Assembly: GCF_964194155.1 (NCBI RefSeq)
Contig: NC_135907.1
Location: forward strand, 10,230,001-10,294,000
Reading direction: 5' to 3'
DNA: 64,000 bases
DNA from: Cetorhinus maximus
Lineage: Eukaryota
Positions 61,965-64,000 of this stretch are shown here, piece after piece. A program made the translations under genes and the position numbers. The notes under the pieces are model-generated. The model searched no databases. It was not told the origin of the DNA and saw only the letters and a list, made by a program, of their open reading frames with translations. Numbering within the stretch: position 1 is the stretch's first letter; each line of letters begins with the position of its first letter.

Positions 61965-62742
61965 GGTCAGAATTTTCCAGTCCTGTCAACATCAAGCATC
62001 TGGGCGGGGGGCGGGGGGAAACAATATGACGAGAAGGCCAAAAATTGTTTTTACATCATTGTGAAACCAGTTTGCTCCACCTGTCAATGGTGGGCCACGT
62101 TTGCTGCCGCACTTCGGGAACCTCATTTCAATACTTTAGCATCTCATTACAAGCCCAGTCACTAGAATCATCCCCCCACGTCAAATTTACCACCCACTTT
62201 GGCGTGACTTCAGAATGGCATGCTTCATGACTGCCTTTAAAAGGCGTGCACCTGGTGACCTAAACTGGTGACCTGAACTACAAGGGGAACTTGGAGGTGA
62301 GTGTCCACAACCTTGTGCAGTCTTGCGAGCATCATCTATGGCATCAAGGAACATTCATGGGGGGCAGTCTGAAGGAAGTACACAAGCACATGCTGGGGGG
62401 TAGGGGTGAGGGTGGGGCGGGGTTGGTATGAGGGAAGCAGCCATACACTTGGAAAAGCTTGTCAAAATTGAGCATTCTTCTGCAGCTGAGACCGTTCAGC
62501 TGCAAGTCCATTGACATGCGAGGAGTTGGGCCTCTTAAGCTTTTCTGCCCCTCAAGCAACACAAAAACATGAAAGTGTCACCAAATGCTGCAAAGCTTTT
62601 GACTGCTTAGGCACAGACTGCAAAAGTGTGTGTGTTTCAGGGGGCAGCACACTAATTAACCAAATGGGCAAGTTGTAGAATCCCTTAGCAAAAGGTGGCC
62701 ATGGCACAGTTAACGGCAGAGGTGCTACCAGCCCCTTGCAAT
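61965..62742. mobile_element. Harbinger terminal arm (host of the next element)
   Basis: GGTCAGAATTTTCC TIR; GAAGGCCAAAAAT...GTGAAACCAGTTTGC as at 45770-45815. Confidence 0.7.
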
Positions 62743-64000
62743 GGGCAGAATTGTCCCAGATTTGCACTAAGTGTGGTGGCAGGTGGGAAAAAGAACATTT
62801 TACCCACTGGCTACAATTGCAGCTTTTCACCCTATATCGTCATTGATCATGCATTCCCTGGAAACACACCATTTCGTTGGCTGGTGGCCTCTGATTCGCC
62901 TGCCATGCAGTCACCTTGCCGCTTCCTCACATCGGATACCATATTTAAAGTGCAGTCGGACACACACCTGTGATTCCAGCCCAGGACATGCTGCACAGAA
63001 GATATGGCCCCAAAGGTCAAGAAGAGTGCAGCCCCCCAATTCAGTGACGCATCCCTGGAGCGCTTTATGGACACCATGGAGGCCCACCATTATGTCCTCT
63101 GCCCCTGCTCTGGGTGAAGGCCAGGATGCAAGGTGATAAATCCAGCATGGGAGGTGTTGGCAGCAGTGGTCAGTGCCAACACCCTGCAAAAGAGTGTCAC
63201 CCAGTGCCAAAAGAGGATGAATGGCCTCATCCATTCCGCCAGGGTAAGTCACTCTTCTCATCACTCTCAACTCACAAACCCATCACACATCCACAGGAAT
63301 CTCACACCTCAAGGGGCAACACCACTAACTTTCTCACACACACTCAACCTTCTCCATCAGGCTCATATCCTCTGGAGCTCACATCCTCATCCTACCCATG
63401 GCTTCGTTCACCGCACAAGCATTCCATGCATTGCCATGTGTCCTGCTTGTTAAGTTCCAATAGTTGTTTAGAACTGAAGACCAAAACCAATACAGACTCC
63501 TTCAGACAGAGTTTTATTGCTTGTCATAAAACTCTCCACAGGCAGCACGAGTCACAGCTGTTATCCCTTTTATACAACCAAATGAGTACTTAATTAAACA
63601 ACCTAATAATTAGCAATTTAACTTCTTTAACTGTTTCCTTCCCTCACACTGCTCACACTTTCTCCATCTGTTTTCATGCAGGAGAAGCTGGCTCAAAGCA
63701 GCAGGGAGAGGTCCCAGACTAGGGGTGGAGTGGCCCAAGTTAGGCCCCCCACTCACTTTGAGGAGCGTGCCATCACACTGACTGGTGAGGACGTGGACCG
63801 TGCCTGCGGCGTCAGTGAGGTCGGCGGCAAACATCGACATGAGGATCTTGCACCACATCATCCGTCTCTCAGTGCAAATATGAGTGCTCTTCTGCTTTTG
63901 ACTCTGCTGCCATGCATTAATTATCTCTACTTTGGTTCACAGGGAGCTCTGCCGAGCAACCGACGCCCTCAGCCAGCCAGTCCCTCAGTTCCATCCAGGT
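62743..64000 (+). mobile_element. Harbinger element with a spliced Myb/SANT gene, continuing beyond the window
   Basis: AAT|GGGCAGAATTGTCCC; TATTTAAA at ~62942; exon 1 63004-63243 (MAPKVKKSAAPQFSDASLE...AWEVLAAVVSANTLQKSVTQCQKRMNGLIHSAR, one TGA at 63115); exon 2 from 63682; exon 3 from 63943. Confidence 0.9.
63448..63648 (-). mobile_element. 201-bp solo LTR in intron 1 of the Harbinger Myb gene
   Basis: TGT...ACA ends; 5-bp TSD CTGCT at 63443-63447 and 63649-63653; minus-strand TATAAAAG followed by AATAAA; absent from the sister intron at ~34960-35010. Confidence 0.8.

Overview
Repeat-dense vertebrate DNA. The repeat families point to a cartilaginous fish (shark); this is an inference. I found no intact host protein-coding gene. 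Most of the window is nested, decayed transposons: two CR1-group LINE families, RTE, L2, Tx1, Penelope-derived elements, tRNA-derived SINEs, solo LTRs, and many PIF/Harbinger DNA transposons. Highlights: (1) minimal type I hammerhead ribozyme motifs in the Penelope-derived repeats, including a CUGUUGA core variant; (2) at least six copies of a spliced Myb/SANT (NAIF1/MSANTD-like) Harbinger gene with conserved intron positions, while transposase is clearly recognisable only as one order-scrambled relic; (3) two opposite-orientation Harbingers at the same nucleotide of different CR1 copies; (4) an apparently ORF1-less CR1-group LINE with a tRNA-like head, plus a SINE that shares its head and tail; (5) two Tx1 insertions stacked at one target; (6) a compact minus-strand TATA + NF-kB promoter near 440-530 pointing out of the window. 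Repeat boundaries were read by eye and are approximate unless a TSD or TIR is quoted.
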